Source of the DNA: Bradymonadia bacterium
GTDB taxonomy: Bacteria; Myxococcota_A; Bradymonadia; UBA7976; UBA1532
Length of the DNA stretch: 64,000 bases
Reading direction: 5' to 3'
Assembly: GCA_046290225.1 (NCBI GenBank)
Contig: JBKAGE010000080.1
Span: forward strand, 83,054 to 147,053
The position numbers and the translations under genes are program-made. This document shows, piece by piece, positions 38,014-46,522 of the stretch. Below the pieces are notes generated by a model. That model worked only from the letters and a program-made list of their open reading frames with translations. It ran no database searches and was not told the DNA's origin. How positions within the stretch are numbered: the first letter of the stretch is position 1; each line of letters starts with the position of its first letter.

Positions 38014-39008
38014 GGGCTCTCCTGCTTCACGAGGGGGGCCAGCTTCAGCGACTTCGCCATCTCGTCGAGGTGGATCGCGAGGCTTGGCGCCAGCGTACGG
38101 GCCCGACTGAGATCTTGATGGGCCCTGGATCGAGGCACGCCATTCGAGGTCTTCACCCGGGCGGCGAGAGACATGGCCAGGATCAAACGCCCCTGTTCCA
38201 CGAGGAGCGGAGAGACCCCAGGCGACGCCATGGCTTGATCGAGGGCATCGATGGCCGCGGTGAAGGCGCCACTGGCCACGGCCTCTTGCGCTCGGGCGTA
38301 AGCCAGGGCCCCGGGGATCGGGCCCAGGCTCTCCTCAGGGGCCCCTGCGGCGACGGCTTCTGCTCTGGGCACCGGGTTGAGTGCGTCGAGGGCCACTCGG
38401 ATCTGCGTGTCGGGGCCATCTTTGATCCAGACCACCGTCCGACGGGCGATGCCGAAGTAACGCACCAGGCGCCCCACGGCCTGCGCTCGGGCCACAGGGG
38501 GGCCGAGCTCGAGCTTGCGCTCCATCTCTGCGAGTCGTCGATCGACGTTCACGCTCCTGGGGGCGCTGCTGGGATCGATGATGAGGGTTGCAGCGGCGAG
38601 GCGATCATCGACGAAGGAGAGCGAGGCCCTGGAAGGCAGCGAGCGACATCGCTTCGCTCGCTCGCAGCTGTACTCCAGGCGGGTGATTCGGCCGCTCTCA
38701 TGCCGAGTCCACGTCGGATCAGCGGCAATGCCTTCACCGCGATCGGGGGCAAAGGCCACCTGCACCCGTTCGGCCGGGTCCCCGAGGCGCAGGCCCCACA
38801 ACCCTGTGGGCACAGGGGCCTCGACGGCAGCTTTCTTCGGGGTCTTTTTTGGAGACTTCTTGCCCTTGCGCGCGCTCGCCGCGCCTGCGGAGAGCACCAT
38901 CGTCAGGCCGATGAACACCCCTATGGATCTCGAGCACCACCACCTGGACACAACACCCTCCTTGTTGACCCCTCGCGCAAATGCCCGAGAGCAGGTATGT
39001 TGTTCCAC
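38010..39008 (-). CDS. Secreted hypothetical protein
   Basis: Signal-peptide-like segment (IGVFIGLTMVLSAGAASA); ATGA overlap with the SDR; true start is probably downstream of 39008. Confidence 0.55.
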   Translation of the reverse strand: MEQHTCSRAFARGVNKEGVVSRWWCSRSIGVFIGLTMVLSAGAASARKGKKSPKKTPKKAAVEAPVPTGLWGLRLGDPAERVQVAFAPDRGEGIAADPTWTRHESGRITRLEYSCERAKRCRSLPSRASLSFVDDRLAAATLIIDPSSAPRSVNVDRRLAEMERKLELGPPVARAQAVGRLVRYFGIARRTVVWIKDGPDTQIRVALDALNPVPRAEAVAAGAPEESLGPIPGALAYARAQEAVASGAFTAAIDALDQAMASPGVSPLLVEQGRLILAMSLAARVKTSNGVPRSRAHQDLSRARTLAPSLAIHLDEMAKSLKLAPLVKQESP

Positions 39009-39031
39009 ATCCGTGGAGGTGTCGAGTCCGC

Positions 39032-40477
39032 ATGTGGTACGCCATTGTGCGCAACCAGCAGATAGGCCCGGTCAGCGCAGGCGCAATCGCTGAGCTCATC
39101 CGGGTTGGAGTCGCCGACGGCCAGACGTACGCCTGGGCCGACGGCATGGGAGACTGGAAGCCCCTCAGCGAGCTGCCGGACTTCATCCCCGTGCTCAACG
39201 GTGAGCCGCTCCGAGTGTCTGATGGGGATGCGCGAGAAGCCGATGAGCACGCATCTACTTTGATGATGTCCTCTGACCAGGCTCAGGCCTGGGCCGAGGT
39301 GCTCAATCATCTACCTGAGCTGGCGAGCTCGGCGGCGGCGGCACAGCACGCCACCGCAGAGCCTGATCCCGACGAGTCCCTCGCAGGCGACGACGCCTTC
39401 GCAGACGGGCACACCGTCCTTGAGATCCCGGGCCTGATCCCCGAGCTCGAGCACCGGCGTCAGAATCCGCCTCTCGATGCCCAGGGCACTCCCTCGCTCT
39501 CCGGGCCGCCGAGCATTCCCCCCTTCGATCCCAACCCGGAGCCGGCACCGGCACCAGAGCCGCCGCCTCCCGTGGACGCCCCCCTCGATCTCGCCGGGCC
39601 CCCAGATCTTTCAGCCCCCCCCGAGCTTCAAGCCCCTGCTGAGTGGGCACCGGAGACGGTGGCCGATGTGCCTGCGCTCTCGCCCGAAGAGCAGGATGAC
39701 GAAGAGGAAGACTCCGGCGGGGGCGGCAAGATGGTCCTGCTCCTCGTCCTGCTCGTCGTCCTCGGCGCCGGCGGCGCCATCGGGGTGAAGATGTGGATGG
39801 CCAGCGATCAGGGCGGCACGCCCGACGCCGCTCTGGCCGAGAAGCCGCTCCTCGCCGACATGGGCGCAGCAGTGGTGGCGCCGGTGAACGGCCTCATGGA
39901 CGCTGGCACAGTGCCCAAACCTGACGCTGCGGCGCCAGCGGCCGCCGACGCCGCCACCCCTGCTGCAGCTGATGCGGGCATGCCCGACGCTGCAACCCCC
40001 GACGCGGCACCCCCAGCCAAGCCTGACGCAGCACCTCCGGCGAAACCTGATGCCTCAGTGAAGATCGTGAAGAACAACACGCCGCCCAACCGCAGGAATG
40101 GTGGCAAGAGCCCCATCAGGCGCCGCAAGGGCAAGAACACTTCTGGCACAGGCGGGAGCAGCGGCTCGAGTCCTATCAAGGACACCCCTCCTAAGAACAA
40201 TCTGCCCGTGGTGCTCAGCCGCAACGACATTCAGAAGGTCATGAACGCCAACAAGCCCAAGCTCAAGGCCTGCGCTGATCCCGAAGGGCCTCAGGGCAGC
40301 ATCACCGTGCAGGTGCTCATTCAGCGCTCCGGCAAGGTGGCTCGGGCCCGGGTCACCAAGAGCAGCGTCCGGGGCACCCCCGTGGGCAAGTGCATCGAAA
40401 AGACTGTTAAGGGCATCAAGTTCCCCGAGTTCTCCGGAAACCCGATGGACATCCCCCTGCCGCCCGTGGAGATCTGA
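39032..40477 (+). CDS. GYF_2 domain / Pro-rich linker / TM / AgmX-PglI (TonB_C-like) C-terminal domain protein
   Basis: MWY....QQIGP...W..GM.DW.P; central TM; C-terminal LS...I......K..LKAC...G.ITV...I..SG.V...CI......KFP; architecture of myxobacterial GltJ/AgmX-like proteins. Confidence 0.78.
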   Translation: MWYAIVRNQQIGPVSAGAIAELIRVGVADGQTYAWADGMGDWKPLSELPDFIPVLNGEPLRVSDGDAREADEHASTLMMSSDQAQAWAEVLNHLPELASSAAAAQHATAEPDPDESLAGDDAFADGHTVLEIPGLIPELEHRRQNPPLDAQGTPSLSGPPSIPPFDPNPEPAPAPEPPPPVDAPLDLAGPPDLSAPPELQAPAEWAPETVADVPALSPEEQDDEEEDSGGGGKMVLLLVLLVVLGAGGAIGVKMWMASDQGGTPDAALAEKPLLADMGAAVVAPVNGLMDAGTVPKPDAAAPAAADAATPAAADAGMPDAATPDAAPPAKPDAAPPAKPDASVKIVKNNTPPNRRNGGKSPIRRRKGKNTSGTGGSSGSSPIKDTPPKNNLPVVLSRNDIQKVMNANKPKLKACADPEGPQGSITVQVLIQRSGKVARARVTKSSVRGTPVGKCIEKTVKGIKFPEFSGNPMDIPLPPVEI

Positions 40478-40479
40478 CC

Positions 40480-40875
40480 GTGACCATGAAGACCTCGGAA
40501 GCCACCACCCAGGGCATCCACATCGTCGTTCAGGCCCGGTACATCCAGGAACAGTCCGATCCTGAGCGCGACTTCTACTACTTCGCTTATCACGTGAACA
40601 TCGCCAACGAGAGCACGCAGACCGCGCAGCTCATCTCACGGCATTGGGTGATCACCGATGGGCAGAATCGCACCCAGGAGGTCAAGGGCCCTGGGGTCGT
40701 GGGCCAGCAGCCCATTCTGGAGCCGGGTCAGTCGTTCCAGTACACCAGCGCATGTCCGCTGCCCACCCCGGTGGGCACCATGCACGGCACGTATCAAATG
40801 ATCACGCTAGATGGGGGTTCGTTTGATGCCGAGATTGCACCTTTCGTCCTCGCTCGCCCTGGTGCGCTGCACTGA
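40480..40875 (+). CDS. apaG: ApaG (DUF525) protein
   Basis: QLISRHWVITD, EVKGPGVVGQQP, TPVGTMHG. Confidence 0.95.
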   Translation: MTMKTSEATTQGIHIVVQARYIQEQSDPERDFYYFAYHVNIANESTQTAQLISRHWVITDGQNRTQEVKGPGVVGQQPILEPGQSFQYTSACPLPTPVGTMHGTYQMITLDGGSFDAEIAPFVLARPGALH

Positions 40876-41830
40876 AAGCCTCGCCCCTCAGGCCCCCTGC
40901 GGGCTGACGCATCCCCGAGACGATGAACCCGCCGAGCAATGGCTTGGCGAAGAATGATTTGCGTACCAGGGGCTCGACGCGCTCGGCCACCCACGCCATG
41001 GCTGTGGGCATCTGAGGCAGCACGAGGCCATCGAGAGAGGCCTTCACCTCCACCATGCCCGCCTCCAATGCCCAGTCGATCATGTCGTCGTGCCGCAACG
41101 GCATCTCATTGGGCGAGAGGTTCTCGCTGCGGTTCCAGTCGAAGTAGTACCGGTTGAACAGGTTGTAGAGGCTCGGCTCCCGGAAGGCGAAGCTGCCGCC
41201 CACCCGCAGAATGCGCCACAGCCCCCTGAAGAAGGCCGGCATATCTTCGGGGATGTGATGCAGCACACCGAGGCCGATGGCTGAGTCGAAGACCCCGTCT
41301 CGAAACGGAAACGCCAGAATGTCCGCAGCGACGAGCAGTACATCTGGGTTGTCCCCGAGGCGCTTCTTCGCCACCCGGAGCATGTCGATCGACAGATCAG
41401 TGCAGACGACACGGCGCCCGGCGGCCAGGTGACGCTGGGTCATGTCGCCGGTCCCCGTGCCCACCTCCACAGTCAACGTGCCGGAGGCCTCAGTGGGCTC
41501 GAGCACCGAGGCCACCATCCGGGCGAGACGCCTCTGAGCAAAGGGCTTCTCGCTGCCGAGTACGTCGTGATCATACGCATCGGCAGTGGCCTCCCAGAAA
41601 GCCAGCTCACCCATCGTGTCCTGGGTCGTGCTGGCCTGGGCCCCCTGAGCCCGCACCCGGGCGATACTGTTCGGGCGTAGATCGAGGATCCCATCAATCC
41701 AGGGGACCCGCTCATGGGTGCCCCTGATGTAGAGCGCATCGTCACGCCACTCGATGGGAGTGTTGTCATTGGGGGTGGCAAACAGCTCGCGGGCCCAGAC
41801 AGGCACATGGCCGGGGGTGGTGTCAGTCAT
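40802..41830 (-). CDS. Class I SAM-dependent methyltransferase
   Basis: EVGTGTG, TDLS..ML, FPF.D..FD, VLHHI, RILRVGG; 3' end overlaps apaG. Confidence 0.82.
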   Translation of the reverse strand: MTDTTPGHVPVWARELFATPNDNTPIEWRDDALYIRGTHERVPWIDGILDLRPNSIARVRAQGAQASTTQDTMGELAFWEATADAYDHDVLGSEKPFAQRRLARMVASVLEPTEASGTLTVEVGTGTGDMTQRHLAAGRRVVCTDLSIDMLRVAKKRLGDNPDVLLVAADILAFPFRDGVFDSAIGLGVLHHIPEDMPAFFRGLWRILRVGGSFAFREPSLYNLFNRYYFDWNRSENLSPNEMPLRHDDMIDWALEAGMVEVKASLDGLVLPQMPTAMAWVAERVEPLVRKSFFAKPLLGGFIVSGMRQPAGGLRGEAFSAAHQGERGRKVQSRHQTNPHLA

Positions 41831-42098
41831 CGTCGTCGCTCTCGTCTCGTGGAAAATGAGCACACAGAGTAATGGCTTCGATCGCTGAGCCCGGACATCT
41901 GCCCACCAAAACTCGATGTTTCACATACAGTGAGCACGGGTGTTTTTCGAGGTGCGTGACCACCTCGAAACCCTCACGGTGTCTGGGTGTGCGTTCAATA
42001 CCATGATGTATGGCGCCCCTGCCACCCACACCTACTCACAACAACGCACAAAAGAGTTTATGTGGCGTGTGCATAGAGGCCTTACGAGACGGCCAGCA

Positions 42099-42794
42099 TC
42101 AACGCTCGGCGAGCCATGCCGCCTCAGCCTCGGTGGGCAACCGTGCGTCGCCTTCCGGGAGATCGCCGAGGCGAACCTCTCCGAACCGCACCCGCTGCAG
42201 ATCGAGCACAGGATGCCCCGAGTTCGCGAGAATCCGCCGGACCATCCGGTGCTTGCCCTCACGTACGACGAGCCGCACCACATCCCCTTCTATGGCGAGT
42301 ACATCGGCGGCAAAGCGCCCCTCGGCAGTCTCGACCCCTGCGGCGAGGGTCTGCACCAGCCGATCATCGGGCACGTTCTCTACCCGAGCGAGGTACTCCC
42401 GCTCTACAGCGTACTTCGGGTGCAGCATGCGCTGAGTGATGGTGCCATCTTGCATGAAGAGCATCAGCCCTGTGGTCTCGGCGTCGAGCCGACCTACAGG
42501 GTGCAGTCCCAGGGCGAGATAGCTCGCCATCTCAGTGCCCAGGCAGGGGCGCCCCCATGGATCTTCAGTCGTCGACACCACGCCATTGGGCTTGTGGTAG
42601 ATGACCACCGGCGGGGGTGCCAGGACCGGCTCACCATTGAGGGTGACCTCGGCCCCGTCGGGCACGTGCATCGACACGTCTTTGACCGGCTCACCGTCCA
42701 CGGCGACCAGGCCCTTCTTCACAAATCGTCGGACCTCTTTCCGAGTGCCCAGCCCGCGCTCGGCGAGCAGCTTGTCCAGACGTGCACCTGCCAT
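42099..42794 (-). CDS. rsuA: RsuA-family pseudouridine synthase (S4 + catalytic domain)
   Basis: RLDKLL...LGTRKEV, HKPNG, PVGRLD.ETTGL, EGKHRMVRR. Confidence 0.88.
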   Translation of the reverse strand: MAGARLDKLLAERGLGTRKEVRRFVKKGLVAVDGEPVKDVSMHVPDGAEVTLNGEPVLAPPPVVIYHKPNGVVSTTEDPWGRPCLGTEMASYLALGLHPVGRLDAETTGLMLFMQDGTITQRMLHPKYAVEREYLARVENVPDDRLVQTLAAGVETAEGRFAADVLAIEGDVVRLVVREGKHRMVRRILANSGHPVLDLQRVRFGEVRLGDLPEGDARLPTEAEAAWLAER

Positions 42795-42820
42795 CGTTCA
42801 ACCTTTCGTCAGGGCCAGCA

Positions 42821-43930
42821 TCATCGTGGCCGTCGGGCCAGCCAGACGCGGAACCGGGTATCTTCTTCGAGCACTGTGACCTCGTGGAAAAGGGCTTCGA
42901 GGCTCGGCTCCACCTTGCGCTGACGCTGAATCACCATCACCAGCGATCCACCAGGGGCCAGCGCCCGTGCCCCCCATGTGACGAGATCGTCCACCACACC
43001 GAGATCGAGGGCCTTGCCGCGATGGATCGGTGGGTTGCTCACGATCAGATCGAAGCCCGTCGACTGCGGGAGCGCGCTCACCCCGGACCAGCCATCACCC
43101 ACAGCCATGTGTGCACCTGTCACGTTCGTCGAAGCGGCGTGGGTGGCCAGGGCGTCGTGATCCACGAGGGAGAGGGCTGCCTGCAGACCGAAGATCTGCC
43201 GCACGCCGATGGCGCTCACCCCAGGGCCACAGCAGAAATCGAGCACTCGAGCGGGGGCGAGACCATCGGCCTGCAGCCCACGAAGCGCGTCGAGGAGCAT
43301 GGCAGTGCCAGGATCGAGGGTGCCGCCGGCGAAGCAGCCCGGATAGCTCGCCACCTGGGCAGGGCCCAGGGGCAGATCCACAGTGTCAGTACTGCACCAG
43401 TTGTCGAGGGTGCCTCGGGCAGCGCCAGGATCAGATGCACGGCCCCACCACAAGCGGCAGTGGGACTTCGTCGTGATGGTGCCCACTGAACCGAACCAGG
43501 GCGCCAGCACCTTCCCCGCGGACTTGGCCCCCTCGTCGTTGGCGCCGTAGAGCCAGATCACCCCCCCGGGCATCAGGTGCGCCGCGGCCAGCTCGATGCA
43601 CATCGCCAGCTCGGGGCGGGCCCGGCTGAGCCGCAGCGCCACACCGGCGAAGGGCCCACCCTCAGGCCAGGGCGCACATGGTGGCGCGTCGCCTTCGGGG
43701 CTGAGATCACGGCGCCTCCACCAGACAGCCTGCTGCCCATGGGCTTCGAGGGCCTGCACCACGCTGCCGCCGAGATCGTCGATGACGAGCCATGGGCCTT
43801 CCACGGTGGGTGCCAGGTCACCTTCGAGGGCGAGCTCGTCTTCGATGGCGGAGACCATCAGCTCATAGGCCCGGTCACCGCGATTGGGGATGATCCGACG
43901 TGGACTGGAGGCGATCGATCTACGACTCAT
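42821..43930 (-). CDS. RsmC-like (16S m2G1207) methyltransferase
   Basis: GANDEGAKS, PGCFA...LDPGT.ML, LDFCCG.G, SNPPIH.G; start uncertain. Confidence 0.8.
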   Translation of the reverse strand: MSRRSIASSPRRIIPNRGDRAYELMVSAIEDELALEGDLAPTVEGPWLVIDDLGGSVVQALEAHGQQAVWWRRRDLSPEGDAPPCAPWPEGGPFAGVALRLSRARPELAMCIELAAAHLMPGGVIWLYGANDEGAKSAGKVLAPWFGSVGTITTKSHCRLWWGRASDPGAARGTLDNWCSTDTVDLPLGPAQVASYPGCFAGGTLDPGTAMLLDALRGLQADGLAPARVLDFCCGPGVSAIGVRQIFGLQAALSLVDHDALATHAASTNVTGAHMAVGDGWSGVSALPQSTGFDLIVSNPPIHRGKALDLGVVDDLVTWGARALAPGGSLVMVIQRQRKVEPSLEALFHEVTVLEEDTRFRVWLARRPR

Positions 43931-44049
43931 TTCAGGCAGTTTGCTCTTTTGTTCAGGTGTTCGTTCAGTTTTTTGCTCTGGGGGGTGTTGTACCGCAGCC
44001 CACTGGCCTAATCTACCGGGCTTCAACGACTGTGCTCGAGAGTTCGACC

Positions 44050-46392
44050 ATGCCGACCCCTTCCCCCTTCGCCGCCGCCATCGCCCAGGAGCTGAGCCTG
44101 CCCCGACGAGGGGTGGAGGCCGTGTTGAGCCTGCTCGGCGAGGGCAACACCGTGCCCTTCGTGGCTCGGTACCGTAAAGAAGCCACGGGGGATCTCGACG
44201 AGGTGCAGATCCGCGCCATCGAGGAGCGGGCGGGCTACCTCAAAGATCTCGCCGATCGGCGCAAGACGATCCTCGACAGCATCGAGTCTCAGGGGAAGCT
44301 CACCGACGCGCTTCGAGCCCGCCTGATGAAGTGCACCACCAAAGCAGAGCTCGAAGACATCTACCTGCCCTACAAGCCCCGACGCCGCACCCGAGCGCAG
44401 ATGGCCCGTGAGCGCGGTCTCGAGCCTCTGGCGAAGCAGATCCTAGCCCAGCCCCGAGGGGGTGATCCGATGACCGATGCCCGGGCCTTCGTCGGCGACG
44501 AGGTCCCCGACGCTGAGGCGGCCCTCGCCGGCGCCCGGGACATCGTCGCTGAGGCGGTGGCGGAGCACGCCGACATCCGCCGCATGGCCCGCGACTTCTT
44601 CGGCAGTGAGGCCCTGCTGGTGAGCAAGGCCATCAAGGGCAAGGCCGACGGCCCTACCCCCTTCGAGCAGTACTACGACTTCAGCGAGCCCGTGGCCAAG
44701 ATGCCACCCCACCGCTTCATGGCGGTCCGCCGCGGAGAGAATGAGGGCATCTTGCGGGTAAAGCTCGAGGTCGAAGCCGAGCACTTCCTGCCCCACGTGT
44801 ATCGCATCATGGGGCACGACAGCCGCTCCCCCTTCGGCACCCAGATGCTCGACGCCGCCGCCGACGCCTGGAAGCGTCTGCTGGCCCCGTCGATGGAGAC
44901 GGAGCTGCGGGTGCAGCTCAAGATGACGGCAGACACTTCGGCGGTGGATGTCTTCGCGGAGAACCTCAAAAACCTGCTGTTGGCGGCCCCTCTCGGAGAG
45001 AAGTCGGTCATCGGCATCGATCCGGGCATCCGCACGGGCTGCAAGTGCGCCGCAGTGGATGCCACAGGGCGCCTGCTGGCCCACACGACGATGTACCCCA
45101 TCGGCGGTCGAGGCCGGCCTGAGGAAGCCCAGCGCGTGCTGCTCGACTTCCTGCGGGCTCACCGCCCTCTGGCCATCGCCGTGGGCAACGGCACCGGCGG
45201 CCGAGAGACGGAGGCCTTCGTGCGGCGCACGCTGAAGGCCGACGGCGCGCCAGAAGGCGTCATCGTGGTCTCGGTGAACGAGGCGGGGGCCAGCGTGTAC
45301 TCGGCTTCGGAGATCGCCCGGGCGGAGTTCCCTGATCTCGACTTGACCATCCGCGGCGCCATCAGCATCGCCCGGCGCCTGCAAGATCCACTCGCCGAGC
45401 TGGTGAAGATCGATCCGAAGTCCATCGGCGTGGGCCAGTACCAGCATGACGTGCACCCGCCGCTGATGACCCGCAAGCTCGGCGAGGTGGTCGAGAGCTG
45501 TGTGAACCACGTAGGCGTGGAGCTGAACACCGCCAGCGCCCCCCTGCTGAGCCACGTGGCGGGCATCGGCCCCAAGCTCGCCGACAACATCGTCATGTGG
45601 CGTGACGAGAACGGCGCCTTCCCGAGCCGCAAGGCGCTGATGAAGGTGAAGGGCCTCGGGGCGAAGACCTTCGAGCAGGCCGCCGGCTTCCTCCGGGTCC
45701 GGGGGAGCAAGCACCCCCTCGACGCTTCGGCAGTGCACCCGGAGCGCTACGCCCTGGTGGAGCGCATGGCGGCAGACTTGGGGGTGCCTCTGAGCCAGAT
45801 GGTGGGCCGCACCGATGTGGTGGATCGCCTCGATCTCAAACGCTATGTGAGCGACTCGGTGGGTATGCCCACCCTCGTCGACATTCTGGCAGAGCTGAAG
45901 AAGCCGGGCCGTGATCCCCGCGAGACCTTCGAGCCGCCGAAGTTCCGCGAAGACGTGCAGACGCTGGATGACGTGAAGGTGGGCATGAGCTTCGAGGGGG
46001 TGGTGACGAACGTGACCCACTTCGGGGCCTTCGTGGACATCGGGGTGCATCAAGACGGCCTGGTACACATCAGCAAGCTGGCGAACCGCTTCGTCCGCGA
46101 CCCCCACGAGGTGGTGAAGGTGGGCGACAAGCTCAACGTGCGGGTGCTGGAAATCGACGTGGCCCGCAAGCGCATCTCGCTCTCGGCCCGTACCGACGAG
46201 GGGCGGCCCCAATCACGTGATGGCGGGCGCGATGGTGGTGGTCGGGATGATCGCCGCGGCGGAGGCCAGCGTCGCGGCGGGCGGGATGATCGCCGTGGTG
46301 GTGGCCGCGGGCGTGACGACCGCCGCGGTGGTGGCGGAGGAAAAAGCTCGGGCTTCAAGCACAACCCGTTTGCGGACTTGCTGAAGAAGTGA
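44050..46392 (+). CDS. tex: Tex RNA-binding transcriptional accessory protein
   Basis: TVPFVARYRKE, GIDPGIRTGCK, EAGASVYSAS, LQDPLAELVKIDPKSIGVGQYQHD, S1 domain; GGRDDRRGG tail. Confidence 0.95.
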   Translation: MPTPSPFAAAIAQELSLPRRGVEAVLSLLGEGNTVPFVARYRKEATGDLDEVQIRAIEERAGYLKDLADRRKTILDSIESQGKLTDALRARLMKCTTKAELEDIYLPYKPRRRTRAQMARERGLEPLAKQILAQPRGGDPMTDARAFVGDEVPDAEAALAGARDIVAEAVAEHADIRRMARDFFGSEALLVSKAIKGKADGPTPFEQYYDFSEPVAKMPPHRFMAVRRGENEGILRVKLEVEAEHFLPHVYRIMGHDSRSPFGTQMLDAAADAWKRLLAPSMETELRVQLKMTADTSAVDVFAENLKNLLLAAPLGEKSVIGIDPGIRTGCKCAAVDATGRLLAHTTMYPIGGRGRPEEAQRVLLDFLRAHRPLAIAVGNGTGGRETEAFVRRTLKADGAPEGVIVVSVNEAGASVYSASEIARAEFPDLDLTIRGAISIARRLQDPLAELVKIDPKSIGVGQYQHDVHPPLMTRKLGEVVESCVNHVGVELNTASAPLLSHVAGIGPKLADNIVMWRDENGAFPSRKALMKVKGLGAKTFEQAAGFLRVRGSKHPLDASAVHPERYALVERMAADLGVPLSQMVGRTDVVDRLDLKRYVSDSVGMPTLVDILAELKKPGRDPRETFEPPKFREDVQTLDDVKVGMSFEGVVTNVTHFGAFVDIGVHQDGLVHISKLANRFVRDPHEVVKVGDKLNVRVLEIDVARKRISLSARTDEGRPQSRDGGRDGGGRDDRRGGGQRRGGRDDRRGGGRGRDDRRGGGGGKSSGFKHNPFADLLKK

Positions 46393-46522
46393 GCACGCGG
46401 CTGTCACTGCTGGTCATCAAGACCTTCTTGGAAGTGATATTTAAGAGTAGCCCTCAACTCGAGTTCTGGTACAACCTTCGACCATCAGAGAATTGGCATT
46501 CGTAGTCACTGGAATATGTAAT

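Noticed and set aside
41945..41970. TTTCGAGGTG-N6-CACCTCGAAA hairpin as a terminator
   Set aside because: No U-tract follows on either strand. It could be an operator, but nothing else supports that.
46215..46340. GGRDDRRGG repeats as a separate repeat element
   Set aside because: In-frame low-complexity tail of Tex; common in RNA-binding proteins.
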